61,900 bases of DNA, from contig DATCSF010000047.1 of assembly GCA_036568625.1 (NCBI GenBank), positions 1 to 61,900 on the forward strand, in the 5' to 3' direction. The stretch is from Rhodanobacteraceae bacterium (GTDB lineage Bacteria; Pseudomonadota; Gammaproteobacteria; Xanthomonadales; Rhodanobacteraceae). The translations under genes were made by a program, and so were the position numbers. The notes under the pieces were generated by a model. That model was not told the origin of the DNA, made no database searches, and saw only the letters and a program-made list of their open reading frames with translations. Shown here piece by piece: positions 47,362 to 57,372 of this stretch (the stretch's first letter is position 1; each line of letters opens with the position of its first letter).

Positions 47362-48338
47362 CGTTCGCCTGGCCGTGGATGTTCGCGCTGTTGCCGCTGC
47401 CGTGGCTCGCCTGGAAATTCCTGCCGCCGGCTGCGCCCGGGACGGCGTTGCGGTTGCCGCAGCGCGTCGCGCTCGCCCATGCCGGCACCGGAGCACGTAC
47501 TGCACGCTGGCGCATCGCGGTGGGAATGTCGGCCTGGCTGTTGCTCGTTTTCGCCGCCGCGCGTCCGCAACAGCCGGCGCCACCGGAGGCGCTGGCGCAC
47601 ACCGGCCGCGCGATGATGTTGGCGGTCGACTGTTCCGGCAGCATGGCCATCGAGGACATGCGCTTCGGCGATGTCGCGGTCAGCCGGTTCGCGGCGGTGA
47701 AGGCGATCGCGCAACACTTCATCGAAAAGCGTTCCGGCGACGACGTGGGGCTGATCCTGTTCGGCACGCAAGCCTTTTTGTTGACACCGATGACTTTCGA
47801 CGTTGATGCGGTGGCTGAGCAGATGGCCGGCGCGGCCATCGGGCTTGCCGGACGCGAAACTGCGATCGGCGATGCCATCGTGCTGGCGGTGAAACACCTC
47901 GATGCCCTGCCGGCGCGCGCACGGGTGCTGGTGCTGCTCACCGACGGCGTCAACACCGCCGGCAATGTGGCGCCGCTCGATGCAGCGAAACTCGCGAAGG
48001 CGGCGGGCGTGCGCATCTACACCATCGGGGTCGGCTCCGATGCGCAAACGCTCAATGTGTTCGGCATGCAGTTGCCCGCGCAGCAGAGCGAACTGGACGT
48101 GCAGGCGCTCACGCAAATCGCAGATGCCACCGGCGGACGCTTCTTCCGGGCCGCCGACGGCGACCAGCTCGCCGCCGTGTATCGCACCGTCGACGCGCTG
48201 GAGCCCTTGGCGCGCGGCGAATCGCTGATGCGCCCGAATCGCGAGTGGTATGCGTGGCCGTTGGGGCTGGCGTTGCTGCTGGGCTGCGCGTTGTTGCCTT
48301 GGCGCGCGTTGTTGCTGCGCAAACCGGTGGTGGCATGA
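47358..48338 (+). CDS. batA: vWA-domain membrane protein BatA
   Basis: 326 aa with an ATGA overlap, an N-terminal TM, the MIDAS motif DCSGSM, and a C-terminal TM. Confidence 0.85.
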   Translation: MTFAWPWMFALLPLPWLAWKFLPPAAPGTALRLPQRVALAHAGTGARTARWRIAVGMSAWLLLVFAAARPQQPAPPEALAHTGRAMMLAVDCSGSMAIEDMRFGDVAVSRFAAVKAIAQHFIEKRSGDDVGLILFGTQAFLLTPMTFDVDAVAEQMAGAAIGLAGRETAIGDAIVLAVKHLDALPARARVLVLLTDGVNTAGNVAPLDAAKLAKAAGVRIYTIGVGSDAQTLNVFGMQLPAQQSELDVQALTQIADATGGRFFRAADGDQLAAVYRTVDALEPLARGESLMRPNREWYAWPLGLALLLGCALLPWRALLLRKPVVA

Positions 48339-50221
48339 ACGTCACCGACTTCCCGCTGCATTTCCTGCGCCCGTGGTGGTGGCTTGCGCTCGTGCCGTTG
48401 CCGTTGGCGCTCGCGTTGCTGGCGCGTGGCGGCGGCCGCGCGGCGCTGGCGCGGCTGGCCGACGCCGCGCTGTTGCCGCACCTGGTTCACGGCGGTGAGG
48501 CACGTAGGCGCACGGGCCTGGCGTTGTTCGCCCTGGCATGGGTGACCGCGGTGGCAGCCTTGTCCGGACCGGCATGGCAAAAAGTGCCGGAGCCCCTGTA
48601 CGTGAACGGCGCGGCGCGCGTGGTGGCACTGTCGCTGTCCGACGACATGCTTGCCCAGGATTTGAAACCCGACCGCATGACCCGCGCGCGCTTTGCCGTG
48701 CGCGATCTGCTGAATGACGCCGGGGACGCGCGCACCGCGCTGGTGGCGTACGCCGGCGCGGCGTTCACCGTGGCGCCGTTGACGGATGACGAGCACACGG
48801 TCCTGAACTTGCTGCGCGCGTTGCAGCCCGACGTGATGCCGGCGCCGGGCAACGATGCCGCGGCGGGCATCCGGCGCAGCGTTGCGTTGCTCGAGCAGTC
48901 GCACGCAAAGGGCGGCGAGATCGTGCTGGTCACCGACACCGCCACCGCCGCCGCTGCGGCGGAAGCGAAAGCGGCGCATGCGAAGGGCATCCGCGTCGAC
49001 GTGCTGGGCATCGGCACGGCCGAGGGCGCACCCGTGCCGCGACACGGAGGCGGGTTCGCCAACGGCGCGAACGGACCCTTGATGGCGCGGCGTGACGATG
49101 CCGCGTTGCGCGCTGTCGCCGAGGCGGGCGGCGGACGCTACACGGTGCTGCGGACCGACGGCAGCGGCGTGGCGGCGCTGGCACCTCCAATCGCCGAAGC
49201 CGGGCATGCCGGCCGTGGCGAACGTGCGCAACTGTGGCGCGACGGCGGGGTGTGGCTGCTGCCGATCCTGCTGGTCCTTGCGGCGCTCGCCTTTCGGCGT
49301 GGCTGGTTGCTGCCTTTGGTCGTGCTGGCGTTGCCGATCGGCATGCCTACCGCGCACGCCGCGACATGGGAATCGTGGTTTGCCAATCGTGATCAGCGCG
49401 CCCTGCAGGCCTTGCAACGCGGCGACGCGAAGCAGGCGCAGAAGCTGGCTGCGACCCCCGCCATGCGCGGCGCGGTGGATTACCGCACGGGCGATTACGC
49501 ACGGGCGGCCAAGGCATTTGCACAAGACGACGATGCGCGTTCACGTTACAACCTCGGCAACGCGCTCGCGAAACAAGGCGCGTACGCGAAAGCGATCACG
49601 GCCTACAGGCAGGCCTTGCGGCGCGATCCGGAATTCGCCGATGCCCGCGCCAACCTGGATGCGGTCGAGGATTGGTTGAAGCGGCACGCCAAGCCGACGC
49701 CGCAACAGGGGCAGGGCGGCAAAAATTCGAACGGCAGCCAGAACGGGAAGCCTTCGTCGTCGCCGGCTTCGGGTTCCTCATCGAACCGCAACGACGGACA
49801 ACAATCTTCTCGGTCCGGCACGCAGCAAACTCCATCGTCGTCTGCGGATGCGTCGCAGCAGTCCGGCCAGGGCGGCGCTGCACCGAATGGGAATGCGCGC
49901 CAGCAGGGGGGCAAGCCGGGCACGACACCTTCCGACCACGACGGCGCCTCGGCCAGCGAAGACGCCGAACAGCGCAGCCAGACCCGACAGGCCGCACAAG
50001 GGTTGTCGCGCGAACTCGAGCGCGCGAAGGGACACCCCGGGCACGCGGAAACGCGTGCGTTCGCGTTGGGGCAGACCGACCCGGACCAGGACGGCCGCTT
50101 CGATGCCGGGCAACGCGCGATGCTGCATGCCGTGCCGGACGACCCCGGTGCGCTGTTGCGACGCAAGTTCCGGTTGGAGTGGGAGCAGCGCAACGGACAA
50201 CAGCAGGACGAACAGCGATGA
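48335..50221 (+). CDS. batB: vWA plus TPR membrane protein BatB (BatB/BatC-like fusion) with Gln/Ser/Gly-rich tail
   Basis: 628 aa with an ATGA overlap, a vWA domain, TM helices, a TPR segment (YNLGNALAKQGAYAKAITAYRQALRRDPEF) and a low-complexity C-terminus. Confidence 0.85.
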   Translation: MNVTDFPLHFLRPWWWLALVPLPLALALLARGGGRAALARLADAALLPHLVHGGEARRRTGLALFALAWVTAVAALSGPAWQKVPEPLYVNGAARVVALSLSDDMLAQDLKPDRMTRARFAVRDLLNDAGDARTALVAYAGAAFTVAPLTDDEHTVLNLLRALQPDVMPAPGNDAAAGIRRSVALLEQSHAKGGEIVLVTDTATAAAAAEAKAAHAKGIRVDVLGIGTAEGAPVPRHGGGFANGANGPLMARRDDAALRAVAEAGGGRYTVLRTDGSGVAALAPPIAEAGHAGRGERAQLWRDGGVWLLPILLVLAALAFRRGWLLPLVVLALPIGMPTAHAATWESWFANRDQRALQALQRGDAKQAQKLAATPAMRGAVDYRTGDYARAAKAFAQDDDARSRYNLGNALAKQGAYAKAITAYRQALRRDPEFADARANLDAVEDWLKRHAKPTPQQGQGGKNSNGSQNGKPSSSPASGSSSNRNDGQQSSRSGTQQTPSSSADASQQSGQGGAAPNGNARQQGGKPGTTPSDHDGASASEDAEQRSQTRQAAQGLSRELERAKGHPGHAETRAFALGQTDPDQDGRFDAGQRAMLHAVPDDPGALLRRKFRLEWEQRNGQQQDEQR

Positions 50222-52011
50222 TGCGTCGGTGCTGGATCGTTCTTCTGATGTTGCTGGCACCGCTCGCGCAGGCAACGACCGTGCATGCGTTTCTCGATCG
50301 CACCCACGTCAGCCTGGGCGACACCGCCACCTTGAACCTTCAGTCACCGGATCCCATCGGTACGCCGGATCTGTCGCCGCTGCAAAGGGATTTCCAGGTG
50401 CTGGGCACGTCGCGCTCCAGCAGTGTGCAGATCACCAACGGCCGGACCGCCACGACGTCGCAACTCGGCATTGCATTGAAGCCGCTGCGCGCCGGCACAC
50501 TCACGATTCCATCGCTCGACGTCGGCGGCGCGAAAACGCAGCCGTTGACGCTGCAGGTGGGCGTCGCGCCTTCGGGCGGCGTGGGCAAGGTCGGCGATCC
50601 CGTGTTCATGGAAGCGAGCGTGCGCTCGATTACGCCGTTCGTGGGCGAGCAAACCGTGTACACCGTGCGGCTGTTCTACCTGCCGGATGTCGATGGTGCG
50701 CTCGGCGATCCAAGTGCCGACGGTGCGCGCCTGGTCAAGCTCGATCGCGACCATCGTTACATCGCCGATCGCAACGGTTATACCTACAAGGTCATCGAGC
50801 GCAGCTGGGCGCTGATTCCGCAACGCAGTGGCGCCATCACGGTGCACGGCCCGGAGTTTCAGGGGCAGCGCTTGTCGATGGGCAATCCGGGTGCATGGTT
50901 CAACAATCCCAATGCGCTGCTGAACGGCCAGGTACCAGGCATTGGCACGCCGGTCCGTGCCATGGCGCCTGCGGCACGCATCGACGCGCGTGCAGCGCCC
51001 GCGAATGCGGGCAAGCCGTGGCTGCCGGCGCGGGACGTGCAGTTGAAATTGACGGGGCTGCCTTCCAGCGGCGAATTGAGCGCCGGGGTGCCATTGACGC
51101 TTACCCTCATCATCAGCGTCAGCGGACAACCGGCCGACACGCTGCCGGAACCTGAATTGCCGGCGATCGCGGGCGTCCGGGTATACCCCGACCAGACGCA
51201 GGATGCCACGGACGACAGTGGTCAATGGCTGCGGGGTAGCCGGACCCGCAGTTTCGCCATTGTGCCGCAGCGCAATGGCAAGCTGACGATTCCCGCGCTC
51301 ACGCTGAATTGGTGGAACGTCGAGAGAGCGCGCGCGGAGCAGGCGACGTTGCCGGCGCATACGCTGCGCGTCACGGGTGCTGCCGCCAGTGGGTCGAGCA
51401 CCCCCGCACCGCCGGCTGCGGCCACGGTGGCGAGCCGGAATGTCGCCGCGCCTGCTGCCTCCGGTGCGGCGGTTGCGGCGAGCGCACCAGTGTTCTGGCG
51501 CGCCGTTGCGTTGGCGAGCTTGGCGCTTTGGGCGCTTGCGGTGGCGATCGCGGGGGCATGGTGGTGGCAGCGAAGGCGCTCCGCGCGGGTATCGGGTGAC
51601 ATCACGGCCCCGGGTGATGAATCTCCCGCTTCGGCGAGGAGTTCGGCCGCATTGATGTCGGGCGATGACGGCGCCGCCCCGCCTCCGAAACCGGATGCGC
51701 GCGCGCTGCAAAGACGGGCGCTGGATGCAGCGCGCACGGGCGATCCGGTTGCGAGCGAGCATGCGCTGCTGGAATGGGCGCGCATGTCGCATCCCGGCGT
51801 CGCCCACGCGGGCCTCTTGCGCGATGCCCTTACCGATGCCGCCCAGCGGGATGCATTGGAGGCGTTGCAACGCGCGCGTTGGCAGGGCGGCGATCCTTCC
51901 GCCGCGTGCGCGATGGTGGCGAGCGCATTCGCGCAGGGATTCGCATGGCGCGACGACGAATTGGCGCGTGATCGAAAATCGGATCTGCCGCCGCTGTATC
52001 CGTCGTCCTGA
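50218..52011 (+). CDS. batD: BatD-family (oxygen-tolerance) protein
   Basis: 597 aa with an ATGA overlap, a signal peptide, beta-rich repeats, a late TM helix and a cytoplasmic tail. Confidence 0.8.
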   Translation: MMRRCWIVLLMLLAPLAQATTVHAFLDRTHVSLGDTATLNLQSPDPIGTPDLSPLQRDFQVLGTSRSSSVQITNGRTATTSQLGIALKPLRAGTLTIPSLDVGGAKTQPLTLQVGVAPSGGVGKVGDPVFMEASVRSITPFVGEQTVYTVRLFYLPDVDGALGDPSADGARLVKLDRDHRYIADRNGYTYKVIERSWALIPQRSGAITVHGPEFQGQRLSMGNPGAWFNNPNALLNGQVPGIGTPVRAMAPAARIDARAAPANAGKPWLPARDVQLKLTGLPSSGELSAGVPLTLTLIISVSGQPADTLPEPELPAIAGVRVYPDQTQDATDDSGQWLRGSRTRSFAIVPQRNGKLTIPALTLNWWNVERARAEQATLPAHTLRVTGAAASGSSTPAPPAAATVASRNVAAPAASGAAVAASAPVFWRAVALASLALWALAVAIAGAWWWQRRRSARVSGDITAPGDESPASARSSAALMSGDDGAAPPPKPDARALQRRALDAARTGDPVASEHALLEWARMSHPGVAHAGLLRDALTDAAQRDALEALQRARWQGGDPSAACAMVASAFAQGFAWRDDELARDRKSDLPPLYPSS

Positions 52012-52076
52012 CGAGATGGAGCCGATTGGGCGGGCGAAACCAGACCCGGCATCGCCAACGTGTTGGCTTGGCGTTC

Positions 52077-52640
52077 TCAGCCCGACTGCGCGATTTCGAT
52101 GTGCAGACGCTTCGCCGCGCGCTCCCAGGCCTCGGCCATGCCGCGATCGAACGCGCACAACACGATACGATGCGGTGTGCGCATGCGGTGTCGTTCCTGC
52201 GCCAGCACCGCCAGCGCCACGGCTGCCGCGGCATCGCGCGGATAGCCGTATACGCCGCAACTGATCGCGGGAAACGCGATGCTGTCGATGGCGTGTTCGC
52301 GCGCCAGCGCCAGTACGTTGCGGTGGCAAGCCGCAAGCAATTCAGATTCGCGCGAATCGCCGCCGTGCCACACTGGCCCGGCGGTATGGATCACGTGTCG
52401 TGCCGGCAGGTCGAAGCCGGGCGTGATGCGCGCTTCGCCGGTCGGGCAGCGCACCCCGTGGCGTACCTGGGGCAGCGCGCGGCAGGCTTCGAGCAGGCGC
52501 GGGCCCGCCGCGCAGTGGATCGCGCCATCGACCCCGCCGCCGCCCAGAAGACCTTTGTTTGCAGCGTTGACGATGGCATCGACGTGCAGGGTGGTGATAT
52601 CGGCCTGGATGATTTCGAGTGCCACGGTGCAATGCGTCAC
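52077..52640 (-). CDS. ymdB: Macro-domain protein (O-acetyl-ADP-ribose deacetylase, YmdB-like)
   Basis: Motifs [29 protein letters not shown] and [13 protein letters not shown]. Confidence 0.85.
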   Translation of the reverse strand: MTHCTVALEIIQADITTLHVDAIVNAANKGLLGGGGVDGAIHCAAGPRLLEACRALPQVRHGVRCPTGEARITPGFDLPARHVIHTAGPVWHGGDSRESELLAACHRNVLALAREHAIDSIAFPAISCGVYGYPRDAAAAVALAVLAQERHRMRTPHRIVLCAFDRGMAEAWERAAKRLHIEIAQSG

Positions 52641-52683
52641 CGGCAGGCCTGGACGCTCGCCGGATGAGGGGCTCCTCCCGACA

Positions 52684-53082
52684 TCAGTGCCGTTGCTGCT
52701 TCAGCAGATCGCGGATTTCCGTCAGCAGCACCACCTCGGGTGCCGGCGCGGCCGGTGCGGTCTCCTTCTTCGGCATCACGCGCTCGAGCGCCTTGATCAC
52801 GATGAAGATCGCCAGCGCAATGATGAGGAACGCGATGACGGCATTGACGAATGCGCCGTAGGTGATCGCCACTTCTTTCGTGGTGCCGGACGCAGCCTGG
52901 ATGACCACCTTCATCCTGGAAAAATCGATGCCGCCGGTGATCACGCCGAGCGGCGGCATGATGATGTCGCTGACCAGCGACGAGACGACCTTGCCGAATG
53001 CACCGCCGATGACCACCGCAACGGCCAGGTCGACCACGTTGCCACGCATGATGAACGCCTTGAAATCTTTCGCGAAGCTCAT
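52684..53082 (-). CDS. mscL: Large-conductance mechanosensitive channel
   Basis: 132 aa: [33 protein letters not shown] is the canonical MscL TM1. Confidence 0.95.
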   Translation of the reverse strand: MSFAKDFKAFIMRGNVVDLAVAVVIGGAFGKVVSSLVSDIIMPPLGVITGGIDFSRMKVVIQAASGTTKEVAITYGAFVNAVIAFLIIALAIFIVIKALERVMPKKETAPAAPAPEVVLLTEIRDLLKQQRH

Positions 53083-53194
53083 TGCGTACTCCTTGTCAAG
53101 TGTGACTGAAATGCTGTGAGCGAACGCCTCCCCTGCCGCGTCGCGGCGCGTCCATTTAGGCACTCCCGTGCGCCGCACGCAAGCCGCCGCGCAT

Positions 53195-53884
53195 TCAGGC
53201 AATGCCGCCTTCCAGTACCGCGATGCCTGCAAGTTCCGCGCGAAAGCGATCGCCGCGCAGCAACGGTCCCACGCCTGCGGGTGTGCCGGTGAAGATCAGG
53301 TCGCCGGATTTCAGCTCGAACAATTTCGACAGCTCGGCGATGATTTCCGCGACCGGGAAGATCATGTCTGCGATGTCGGTGTCCTGGCGCGTTTCGCCGT
53401 TGACGGTGAGCGAAAGGCGCGCGCGACTCGGGTGCCCGATCTCGCTTGCCATGCGCAGCGCCGACACCGGTGCGGAGGCATCGAAGCCTTTCGCGACGTC
53501 CCACGGCAGACCCTTGGCCTTCATCGCGGCCTGCAGGTCGCGGCGGGTCAGGTCCAGGCCCACGCCGTAACCGAACACGCAATCGAGTGCGTGCGCCGCG
53601 GCGATGTCGCGTCCACCGCTGGCCAAGGCCGCCACCATCTCCACTTCGTGATGCAGCGCTTGCGTCACCGGTGGATACGGCACCTCGCCGCCTTCGGGGA
53701 CGATTGCATCGGCGGGCTTCATGAAGAACACCGGGTTCGCGCGGCTCACCGCCTGCGCGCCCATTTCCTTCGCGTGGTCGGCATAGTTGCGGCCTATGCA
53801 ATAGATCCGGTGCACGGGAAATCGCACGTCGCTGTCGTGGACCGGCAGGCTGGGAACGGGCGGCGGATCGAACGCGAACGGCAT
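53195..53884 (-). CDS. Fumarylacetoacetate hydrolase family protein
   Basis: 229 aa with FAH-fold motifs RIYCIGRNYADHAKEMG, HHEVEMVAAL and GDLIFTGTPAGVG. Confidence 0.85.
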   Translation of the reverse strand: MPFAFDPPPVPSLPVHDSDVRFPVHRIYCIGRNYADHAKEMGAQAVSRANPVFFMKPADAIVPEGGEVPYPPVTQALHHEVEMVAALASGGRDIAAAHALDCVFGYGVGLDLTRRDLQAAMKAKGLPWDVAKGFDASAPVSALRMASEIGHPSRARLSLTVNGETRQDTDIADMIFPVAEIIAELSKLFELKSGDLIFTGTPAGVGPLLRGDRFRAELAGIAVLEGGIA

Positions 53885-53949
53885 GGGCTGTCTCTCGCGA
53901 GAGAAAGCGCGATTGTAGGCGCGCGCGGCCCGCGGTGGCCGGGGTGACG

Positions 53950-54135
53950 CGTGCCACCACGTCGTTCACCAGCCGCTCGTTGCCGGCGAGGCTGTTGCTG
54001 CCGCTGGTAAACGCCACGCGCACCGCATTCAAGAGACCGAACAGCAGGAACGCGGCTTAGGATGGAGATCAGCGTGAAGATGGTCCGCGTCTTGCGCCGG
54101 AACAGCGCGGCCCAGACCAGGTGAAAGTATTTCAT
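53950..54135 (-). pseudogene. N-terminal remnant of an FtsX-like ABC transporter permease (frameshifted, truncated)
   Basis: MKYFHLVWAALFRRKTRTIFTLISIL is followed, after a 1-nt shift near 54058, by AAFLLFGLLNAVRVAFTSGSNSLAGNERLV. Similarity then ends. Confidence 0.6.
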
Positions 54136-54149
54136 GGCGTCGCTCCCGC

Positions 54150-54222
54150 TCAGGCCGTGCGCTGCTGCTCGACCAGCGTGTCCTTGTCGAGGTGCAGGGT
54201 GTGCGAGGCGTATTCGGCGGGG
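54150..54222 (-). pseudogene. Last ~24 codons of an ABC transporter ATP-binding gene
   Basis: The reverse translation is PAEYASHTLHLDKDTLVEQQRTA-stop. It is followed by a GGGAGCG ribosome-binding site and the permease ATG at 54135. The rest of the ATPase gene is absent. Confidence 0.45.
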
Positions 54223-54572
54223 CGCGCTCAACACGATGTACGCGGCAGTCGCCACGCGCGCGAGAAATCGCCACGCTGCGCGCGATCGGGTTCCGCGGCC
54301 TGCCAGTGGTGGTTTCGGTGTTGCTTAAAACCATGCTGCTGGCGCTGCTCGGCGGCATCGTCGGCGCCGTGATCGTGTGGCTGATCTTCAACGGCTACAC
54401 CGCATCCACGGTGGGCGGCAACTTCAGCCAGGTGGTGTTCCAGTTCCGCGTCACGCCGGGATTGTTGTGGACCGGCTTCAAATGGGCGCTGGCGATCGGC
54501 TTCGTCGGCGGCTTGTTCCCGGCGGTGCGCGCGGCACGCTTGCCGGTGACAGCGGCGTTGCGCGAGCTGTAA
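54223..54572 (+). pseudogene. C-terminal remnant of an FtsX-like ABC permease on the opposite strand (frameshifted)
   Basis: ALNTMYAAVATRAR / REIATLRAIGF...LFPAVRAARLPVTAALREL. A 2-nt loss in a (CG)n run near 54255 shifts the frame. It abuts the minus-strand ATPase remnant head to head. Confidence 0.65.
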
Positions 54573-54861
54573 GTTTCGCGCGACCAAATCGGTATTTCAC
54601 GGGATTCGCGGGGCCCAGCTGGGCTCTGCGTCACCTTGGCGTAACGATGATTGATTGGGCCGAGTTCGGCCGAAAGCCGCCGGGTCTGCGTGCAACCGCG
54701 TAAGCCGACGTTGGCTGCTAGCTTGCGTTGGGGCGGGATCAATCAGCGTCGGCAGCTAGACACTGGGGTCGGCCGCCATCGTGGCTGCCGGCTCGGAGTT
54801 GGCGCAAGCGCTGCGTGAAGGCCACGTGCGCCGCGCTGCGGAACGCCGCTCGCTCCCGCGC

Positions 54862-57372
54862 TCAGACCTCCAGCGCAAGCCAGCGGCCGCGCTCGTAGCG
54901 TTGCAGCGCGTCGCCCTCGTAGCGCCACAGCAGCATCCAGCCATTGTCGAGCAACTGCCCCAGCACCGGGTTGTGCGCAACCGCGCGTTCGATAGATGGG
55001 GCCGGTGCGTCGATGACGACGGTCAACCGCACGGGTTGGTGGTACCAGCCATCGCCATTGTGCAGGGATTGTTTGGGCAGGCCGATGCGCAGGTCGCCGC
55101 CATTGCCCTCGAACACGCCAACGTGACCATCCACGACATTGTGCAGCACCTTGTTGCCGGCGCCGTAGTGCAGCGGATCGCAGGTGGATGCGTGGTATTG
55201 CCACGACAGCCAGTGAGTCACCAGCATCGGGCCCATCATCAGCTTTTCCAACACGCCGCCGTCGGCGTCGAACCGCGCCTCGTAGTCGTGCAGGTAGGTG
55301 CGGCTCAGCACCCGGCCGCGGCTGCGCTCGCGTGGGCCGATGATGAATGCGGCATTGCGCGTCAGGCCCCACTCCGGCCGCGTCTGCGCACCGTCGTTGG
55401 CGCGGCGGCGAAACTGCGTCAAGAGTTCGGCCGGCGGCAGATCGGCGTCCATCCACAAGGCGGGCGCGCGTTCGCGGCGGACGCGCTCACCGGCTGCCGC
55501 GAACGCCTTTTCCGCTATTTCCCAGCGCGCTAGTGCTGGTGGCGGCAATAGGTCGAGATCAAACCCCGTGACCTCGTCGGTCGTGGTGTTGTGCAGCGCG
55601 CCGACAAACACGGTTTCCTTCGGAACGACGAGACCATGCTGGCGCAGGCCGGCGCGCACCGCGGAATCGTTCAGCAGCGCGGCCAGTGCCCGCGCGTTGG
55701 CTTCACCGGGACGGCCGTAGCACGCGCCGCAATCGAGGGTGGATGCATGCGCATTGTTGGTGCAGTGCCCGGTATGGCCGCACAGGACGACCAGCGGCGC
55801 CAGGCGATCATTCAGCCCCAGCGTGTGCAGCACGCCCGCGGCGAGTTCCGCCCGCTGCGACACGTCCAGCCCGGTGATCACGGGCCGGCACTGCGACTGC
55901 GCCACGGCCGGCAAGCCGATGCGGTCAGCACTGACGCGCGGCGATGCGGCTGGACGAATCCAGCGCGCGATCTTGCCGAGATAGCCGACGCCGAACGCTT
56001 CCACGAACGAGAACGTCGCACTGGACCAGCGCACGGTGCCCAGCCACTGGTCGAGCCGCGCGAGCCGTTTCCAGCGCACCTTGCGCACCGCGTCCGCCTC
56101 TGCATCGTTGGCGGTGGGTTCGCCGGGCCGGGTTACGACGTCCTGCACCGCGATGCTGGGATAGGCGAGGCCCGGCAACTGCGGACGATGGATGTCGGTG
56201 CCCAACGGGTTGTAGTGGATCGGGATGCCGAAGAAGCCCGCGAACGCGCGCGTCTCGACGTCGGGTGCTACAGCTTCCAGCGCGCGCCGCATGGCTTCGC
56301 TGCGGGTGTCGATGCAGAACACCACCTGCGTGTCCGGAACCTGCTTTACGACGGGCGCAACGAGCGTGCGCAGTTTGCCCGCGAGCTCGCGCTGGTAGCT
56401 TACTTCGAGTGCCTGCTGCCATACCTCATCGACTACCAGCTTCGCGTCGGCGGCGTCGATGCGCGCGGCGCAGTCGTTCCAGTTTGCGGCGAGTGTCGCA
56501 AGAGCTGCACGCCGCCGGTCGGGCGCTGCGCAGCGGGCGAGGATCGCCTCCCACATGAGCCGTGCGACCAGTAGGTCCGGCAGCCGCCGGTCGGTATCGC
56601 CACTCGGCACCTTCTGCCACTGGATGTATGCGCACCACGAGGCCCAGCCATTGATCGACAGCAACAGTGCCTTGAAGTAGTCCTCCCACGCGGCTTCGGG
56701 CAGCCTGAGTTCATCCATCGCCCATGACGCGGCTTCCTCGACGTGCCATGGCAACCCGTGGAGGTGCCGCGCCAGCCCTGGCAGGCCCAGCATCGATGGA
56801 AGGCCGTGGTCGCGCCGTGCGCTTTCACGCCAGAACTCGTACAGGCTGGACGCCCCCGCCGCACGCCAGTCGGCCTGGTGCCGATCGAAATACGTAGCGC
56901 ACATTTGGCTCAACTGGAACACGATGGCGGCACGCCACGGCCAGCGCGCGTTCTTCTGCACGGCATCGTCCAGCAGGTCGACCAGCAGCGGCGTGCGCTG
57001 CACGCGCAGCGGTTTGGCCAACTCGGCAATGCACTGCTCCACCGTCACGCCACAGGGTTCGTGCGCCGCATGCATCTTGAGCGCGACATCCAGGTCCGCA
57101 TGCGTGATGCGGCCGGCCTCCCATTCGCGCCGGATGTAGGCGCGATCGGGAAACACGCGGAAGTCGCCCAGCACCGCAAGCCGCGCGGCCACGCGGCGGA
57201 CAGGCAGGCCGATGCGCCGCCAATGCGGATTGACCGCCACCGCCTGGTCCAGCGGCCAGACGGGCATGATGGTCGCGCAGGCGCGTGTGATGGCCGTTTG
57301 TAACGTCACGTCACGGGCGCTGTCGGATGCCGTCAGTGATTCGGCCATGGCGGTTTGCGTTGAGCTGGCCAT
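54862..57372 (-). CDS. dabA: DUF2309 protein DabA (inorganic-carbon pump subunit, beta-carbonic-anhydrase-like Zn site)
   Basis: 836 aa. The ATG overlaps the dabB stop (ATGA). Zn-ligand motifs are visible in VFCIDTRSE and CGHTGHCTNNAHASTLDCGACYG. Confidence 0.85.
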   Translation of the reverse strand: MASSTQTAMAESLTASDSARDVTLQTAITRACATIMPVWPLDQAVAVNPHWRRIGLPVRRVAARLAVLGDFRVFPDRAYIRREWEAGRITHADLDVALKMHAAHEPCGVTVEQCIAELAKPLRVQRTPLLVDLLDDAVQKNARWPWRAAIVFQLSQMCATYFDRHQADWRAAGASSLYEFWRESARRDHGLPSMLGLPGLARHLHGLPWHVEEAASWAMDELRLPEAAWEDYFKALLLSINGWASWCAYIQWQKVPSGDTDRRLPDLLVARLMWEAILARCAAPDRRRAALATLAANWNDCAARIDAADAKLVVDEVWQQALEVSYQRELAGKLRTLVAPVVKQVPDTQVVFCIDTRSEAMRRALEAVAPDVETRAFAGFFGIPIHYNPLGTDIHRPQLPGLAYPSIAVQDVVTRPGEPTANDAEADAVRKVRWKRLARLDQWLGTVRWSSATFSFVEAFGVGYLGKIARWIRPAASPRVSADRIGLPAVAQSQCRPVITGLDVSQRAELAAGVLHTLGLNDRLAPLVVLCGHTGHCTNNAHASTLDCGACYGRPGEANARALAALLNDSAVRAGLRQHGLVVPKETVFVGALHNTTTDEVTGFDLDLLPPPALARWEIAEKAFAAAGERVRRERAPALWMDADLPPAELLTQFRRRANDGAQTRPEWGLTRNAAFIIGPRERSRGRVLSRTYLHDYEARFDADGGVLEKLMMGPMLVTHWLSWQYHASTCDPLHYGAGNKVLHNVVDGHVGVFEGNGGDLRIGLPKQSLHNGDGWYHQPVRLTVVIDAPAPSIERAVAHNPVLGQLLDNGWMLLWRYEGDALQRYERGRWLALEV

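Noticed and set aside
52040-52062. The palindrome GCCAACGTGTTGGC between convergent batD and the macro-domain gene, considered as a bidirectional terminator.
   Set aside because: The stem is only 6 bp and there is no T-run on either side.
54573-54861. The 290-nt gap between the ABC remnant and dabA, with short ORFs on both strands.
   Set aside because: I saw no motif, repeat, ribosome-binding site or structure that I could support. It is probably more decayed sequence.
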